Shown here: one piece after another, positions 60,031 through 64,000 of the stretch | How the letters are laid out: every line of letters begins with the position of its first letter | Numbering within the stretch: position 1 is the stretch's first letter | Assembly (NCBI GenBank): GCA_031411295.1 | Contig: JANOAV010000086.1 | Coordinates: 1 to 64,000 of the forward strand | Length of the DNA: 64,000 bases | Reading direction: 5' to 3' | Origin: Verrucomicrobiales bacterium | GTDB taxonomy: Bacteria > Verrucomicrobiota > Verrucomicrobiia > Verrucomicrobiales > V1-33 | The notes under the pieces: generated by a model | Database searches by the model: none | The model's input: only the letters and a program-made list of their open reading frames with translations | What the model was told of the DNA's origin: nothing | Translations under genes and position numbers: made by a program

Positions 60031-63000
60031 CTACTTTCCCGCTTCGGCCTTGGTGGTTAGTTCTTTGGCCTGGTTGGCGGAGACGAGGTTGACCTCTTCA
60101 ATGGCCTGGGTGGCTTCCGCGATCTGGGTTTGGAAATCGGCGTAGTCTGCGGCGGCAAAGGTGCCGGTCTTGCGGGTTAGGCTGAGCATGAGTTCGGAGC
60201 GACCTTCACTGTAAATTTGCCTGGCGTCCCAGCGCACGAACCTTTTCTCTTGTTCGGGCAGTTCCACCGGAACGAGTGCGAGGCCAACGAGGCCGAAGAG
60301 TTTGGTGTGGAGTTTGAGATTTACCGGAGTGGCAAATTCGAATGGACTGCGACGGGATTCGCCAAAGGTATCGGAATCAAGGAAGCGCAAAGCGGTGTGA
60401 TTAGGAATGCGCACGCTCAACGTTTGTCCAATCTGGGAGCAGGCGTTGAGGACGCGGTATTCCAGATGAATGGTGAGTGGCTGAGTGAGATCCAATTGGT
60501 TTTCAACTTTGGCGAGGGAGACTTGGCCGCGCTCGCGATTCATCCCTAAAAGGCGCTGGATGGCCGTGGTGGCATCGCGTCGCTCGGTATTTTTGGCCAG
60601 CAGATAGCGCATCTCACAAGCCGTGAGGCCCGTCAGTTGGATGGATTCTTTGATATCCAAATGGCGGGCATCGAGGACTTGGGCGGTGCGTTCGACGGTG
60701 ATGGATTCGCTGCCGGCGGGGATGGATTTTATTTTCACGAGCTTGGAAGCATCGATACTAAACTCTGAGGAAGCCTCGCCTAACACGAGGACATATTTAT
60801 CTGCCAAGAGCAGCGGGGGGACGCCGGCCTCGGGTGCCATAAATTTGTTGGTGCAATCAATGAAATCGAATTCTCCTTTGGTGACGGAGGGCACCGCGGT
60901 AATCATGTGATTGAAGGCTCCCAGGGAGGGGAGATCTGGTTGCACTGCGGTGGAGGCATTGGCGAGCACAAGTTTGGCAGGGATGCCGACGGCCTTGAGC
61001 ATTTGATAGAGCAGCACGCTGTGGTCCTTACAGTCTCCGTAGCGATTCTTCACGCTTTCGAGAGCCGTGTTAGGAATGAGGCCGCGCATGCCGAACTCAA
61101 TGGCGGCATAGCTGAGCGAGTCTCTCACGTATTGGGAGAGGATGGAAATTTTTTCGGCGTCGGTCTTACAGTTTTTAGTTTTGTCCTTAGCCAGCTTGGT
61201 GATGCCTTCATCGGGACGAATTTTATGCTGGATCAGGCTCAGATACTCAAGCCCCAGGCGCGCCCAACTCTCGGAACCATCGCCTGTCCAGAGCACGGGG
61301 ACGAATTTCTCCAGGGACGGTTGGTGCATTTCATCGGAGATCCCGGGGAGGGAGCGTTCCACCCAGATGTAACCAGTGGGAACCTTGAGGGGCTTGGAGT
61401 TTTTGCTGTGGCGATACTCCACTTTGGCTACGGGGCTATGGATGTAAAGGATGTCCAGCGCGCAGGGCATTTCGGTGGCGAAGTGGAAACTGCTCGTAAG
61501 TGGCCCGTCCATGACCCCGAGGCTTTGTTCCGTAACGGTGTATTCGAGCACGCAACCCGGAGTGAGGCCGGGCACGGGGACGTTGAGGAGTTTCATCCCG
61601 GTGAGCATGCCATCCGCATTGTCCTCGGTCACGAAGGCTTCCTTCATGTTAGCTGGGGCCACGGTCTTGCCATCCGGCGTGCGCACATGGAGTTCGTTGA
61701 CTTGAATGCGTTCGCCTCGCGGATGGAAGGGCAATTTCAGGATGTTAAACTCTTCCATCCCGGTGCTGTTCTGAATGCGAATGGAGTAGCGGTTAGTGGA
61801 AGTGAAGGCGCTGCCCGGGTCGTAGGTGACCGAGCGGATGCGGTAGAGGAACTGGTAAGGATCGTCGGTTTTCGGGGTGTTGGCGTAGGGCTCGGTGCGC
61901 AAAAGTTTTTGGATGTCAGGTGGCAGCGGAATCGGTGGGGCCTGCGGGCCGTCTTCCCGCAGGACCGGGCCTCCGGCATCATCGGTTATAGCATAAGCCA
62001 GGTCGTCCAGATCCCGCAGGTTGGGATTGTATTGGCGGGCTTTGGCCAGGGTTTCGGTGGCTTTCTTCTCATCCCCCAAGCTGCGTTCGCAAGTGGCCCG
62101 CAGCAGCCAGGCCATGCCCGCCTGGGGGTCCAACTTCAACACGCCCATGGCCGCGTCCAAGCCAATCTGGTGGGCTTTATGAACTTTGAGGAAAAGCAGA
62201 ATGTCCCGTGCGAGTTCCCGGTTTTTACGAACGCCAGCGATCAAGCCTTCCATGATTTCCACGGCGCGACGCTTGGTTTCCGGCGTATTGTAGAGAATGT
62301 AGGACTCCCACAGGCGCCAGGCGTTGTCCGGCGCGCGCTGGCTGAGCACGTCGAGGACGCGCAGGGCTTCATCTTTGGCGTGGGCTTCGCGGAGGATGTC
62401 GAGGTAGCTTTCGATGGACTCGAAGGTGAGCGCATGTTCGTCGTTGCAGGAGCTTTGCAGGGCGGTGGTGACTAACGTGGTGGCGATTTCAACTTTGTTG
62501 TGTCGGGCCATGAATTTGGCGGCTTGGAGCAGGGAGTTGGCCTCCCGCGGCAGGGCGCGCCATTCCTTTTCCAGCAAGGCGGTGGCTTTGTCAGCTTGAC
62601 TGAGTTTGGACATGACCTCGCAGAGGGACAACAGCATGGAAAAGCTGGCGCGAGTCTGGTAGGCCCGGTCATAGAGATCCATCGCGGCGGCCAGTCGATT
62701 GGCCTGCTCATGCTCCCGACCCAGATTGCTGAGGACATGCTCCCAAACTTCCGTGCAGGCGCCCGGGGTATGCTGGGTGGTCAGCTTGGAGAGATCATAA
62801 GCGGGCGCGCTCCATTGCACACGATCCAACATGGCGGTGAGCTGGGCTTGGGAGTGCTTTTCAGAAAAGGAACAAGCACCCAGCGCATAAACCATCTCCC
62901 CGCGTCGCACCAAGCGGAAGACGAAGAGGGCTGGGTTGAGTTCGCGTGAGATCTGTCCGGCATACTCTACTCCGTCGAGTTCGTGTGCCTTGAACGGACG

Positions 63001-64000
63001 TTCCTGTTGGCGGTCCACTGCCGTGTCCGGGAACCAAGCGCCAAGCACGAGCGAGGCTAAATGAGCCGGATCGACCGTCAGATCTTTTGGTAAATGGAAC
63101 ACCGAGAGACCGCAGAGGTCTCCCTCCGCCGTTTGATAGCCCACCGAGGGCGACCCCAGTTGCCCGGAAGCAATGGGACGGCGTTTCAGGGCATCCTGCG
63201 AAGCCACGTAGGAGCGGTTCTGATGCATGGTGGTGAAGGAGGAAAACAGGGTGGGTGCATCCGGGATGATGCTCCAAGCCGGTCCCGGGCTGGGGAGATC
63301 GATTCCAGTCTCTGGTGCGATGGAGCGGGGATCGCTGAGTGTGAAATTGTTCAAAGTGGAGAACCGAAGGTCTTTTATCAGCGGCTTGACGCTGCGCAGA
63401 ATTTGCTCTGACATGGCGGGGAGCCGCTCGTAGGCTTTGCTGCCCTGTCCGGTAAAACGAAAATTGTAGGCGGTGCCATTCTCGAGTAATTCGTATTCCA
63501 AGATCGTTACTGGTCGGGGGCGAAAATAATCTGAACTCTGTTCCTCTTCTTTGCGGAAGAATTGAAATTTCCGCCCGCCAATGTCCTTGGCCTCACTCAC
63601 TTGTCCCGTTTCGGAGGCTCCGTGCGCCAGACTCATCCGAAATAGTTGGCCGGCAAGGTTCTCCTTTAATTGGCTGTTGGCTCCCGCAGCGTCTGTCGTC
63701 AGGGTGCCGTGGACGGTAGTTGTCATGACGACCCGGCAATCAGGATCCTGCAAGTTGACCAACTGCCCGATCTGGTTATTGCCGCCAGGATGTAGGGGCA
63801 ACCATGAGTCTGGTGCTTCAAAAGCAATGTTCCAAGCGTCGCTCGTCACTTTCACAGCGGCTTGGGCGGCCATCGGGGCGGGTGGGAAAATTTTCGCAAT
63901 GATTTCTTTGGCTCCTGCGAGCGACACCTCCGGGGCTTTGCCCAACTGCCATAAAGCCAGCCAAGTGAGCATCAACCCAGCGGCCAACCCAGATAGTCTT
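60031..64000 (-). CDS. TPR + DUF3857 + transglutaminase-like protein (5' end probably beyond the window)
   Basis: YGDCKDHS, FNHMI and DCT triad; PGLTPGCVLEY; the frame is open to the window edge. Confidence 0.85.
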   Translation of the reverse strand, partial: RLSGLAAGLMLTWLALWQLGKAPEVSLAGAKEIIAKIFPPAPMAAQAAVKVTSDAWNIAFEAPDSWLPLHPGGNNQIGQLVNLQDPDCRVVMTTTVHGTLTTDAAGANSQLKENLAGQLFRMSLAHGASETGQVSEAKDIGGRKFQFFRKEEEQSSDYFRPRPVTILEYELLENGTAYNFRFTGQGSKAYERLPAMSEQILRSVKPLIKDLRFSTLNNFTLSDPRSIAPETGIDLPSPGPAWSIIPDAPTLFSSFTTMHQNRSYVASQDALKRRPIASGQLGSPSVGYQTAEGDLCGLSVFHLPKDLTVDPAHLASLVLGAWFPDTAVDRQQERPFKAHELDGVEYAGQISRELNPALFVFRLVRRGEMVYALGACSFSEKHSQAQLTAMLDRVQWSAPAYDLSKLTTQHTPGACTEVWEHVLSNLGREHEQANRLAAAMDLYDRAYQTRASFSMLLSLCEVMSKLSQADKATALLEKEWRALPREANSLLQAAKFMARHNKVEIATTLVTTALQSSCNDEHALTFESIESYLDILREAHAKDEALRVLDVLSQRAPDNAWRLWESYILYNTPETKRRAVEIMEGLIAGVRKNRELARDILLFLKVHKAHQIGLDAAMGVLKLDPQAGMAWLLRATCERSLGDEKKATETLAKARQYNPNLRDLDDLAYAITDDAGGPVLREDGPQAPPIPLPPDIQKLLRTEPYANTPKTDDPYQFLYRIRSVTYDPGSAFTSTNRYSIRIQNSTGMEEFNILKLPFHPRGERIQVNELHVRTPDGKTVAPANMKEAFVTEDNADGMLTGMKLLNVPVPGLTPGCVLEYTVTEQSLGVMDGPLTSSFHFATEMPCALDILYIHSPVAKVEYRHSKNSKPLKVPTGYIWVERSLPGISDEMHQPSLEKFVPVLWTGDGSESWARLGLEYLSLIQHKIRPDEGITKLAKDKTKNCKTDAEKISILSQYVRDSLSYAAIEFGMRGLIPNTALESVKNRYGDCKDHSVLLYQMLKAVGIPAKLVLANASTAVQPDLPSLGAFNHMITAVPSVTKGEFDFIDCTNKFMAPEAGVPPLLLADKYVLVLGEASSEFSIDASKLVKIKSIPAGSESITVERTAQVLDARHLDIKESIQLTGLTACEMRYLLAKNTERRDATTAIQRLLGMNRERGQVSLAKVENQLDLTQPLTIHLEYRVLNACSQIGQTLSVRIPNHTALRFLDSDTFGESRRSPFEFATPVNLKLHTKLFGLVGLALVPVELPEQEKRFVRWDARQIYSEGRSELMLSLTRKTGTFAAADYADFQTQIAEATQAIEEVNLVSANQAKELTTKAEAGK

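Noticed and set aside
60907..62475. Long antisense ORFs (522 aa here; also 52467-53711 and 1218-2456)
   Set aside because: Shadow frames of well-supported GC-rich genes on the other strand.

Overview
GC-rich bacterial chromosomal window. PEP-CTERM proteins, a CotH/lamin-tail protein, a PPC-domain protein, an ExbBD-DUF4159-TPR operon, RNase HIII and the REP style suggest a PVC-superphylum, probably Verrucomicrobia, host (inference). Core-type genes (gltD, SNF2 helicase, rnhC, HlyC/CorC, sugar dehydrogenase) are interleaved with accessory DNA. Three regions stand out. (1) A translationally coupled two-gene operon at 6112-11606 encodes a calcineurin-like metallophosphoesterase and a trypsin-protease / STAND-NTPase / multi-transmembrane fusion; it is a candidate undescribed anti-phage or conflict system. 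(2) The last ~105 bp of gltD occurs three times (17180, 18149, 21149); the copies separate cassettes of toxin-antitoxin-like genes, and no integrase is present in the window. (3) A second accessory stretch at 43.7-51.1 kb holds a NERD-helicase, an FN3 gene with a 21-bp array, a DUF2971-like gene, an HNH nuclease, a REP mosaic duplication and a nucleotidyltransferase remnant. I recognised no rRNA, tRNA, CRISPR array, transposase or integrase. All family calls come from motif recognition by eye, not from database searches.
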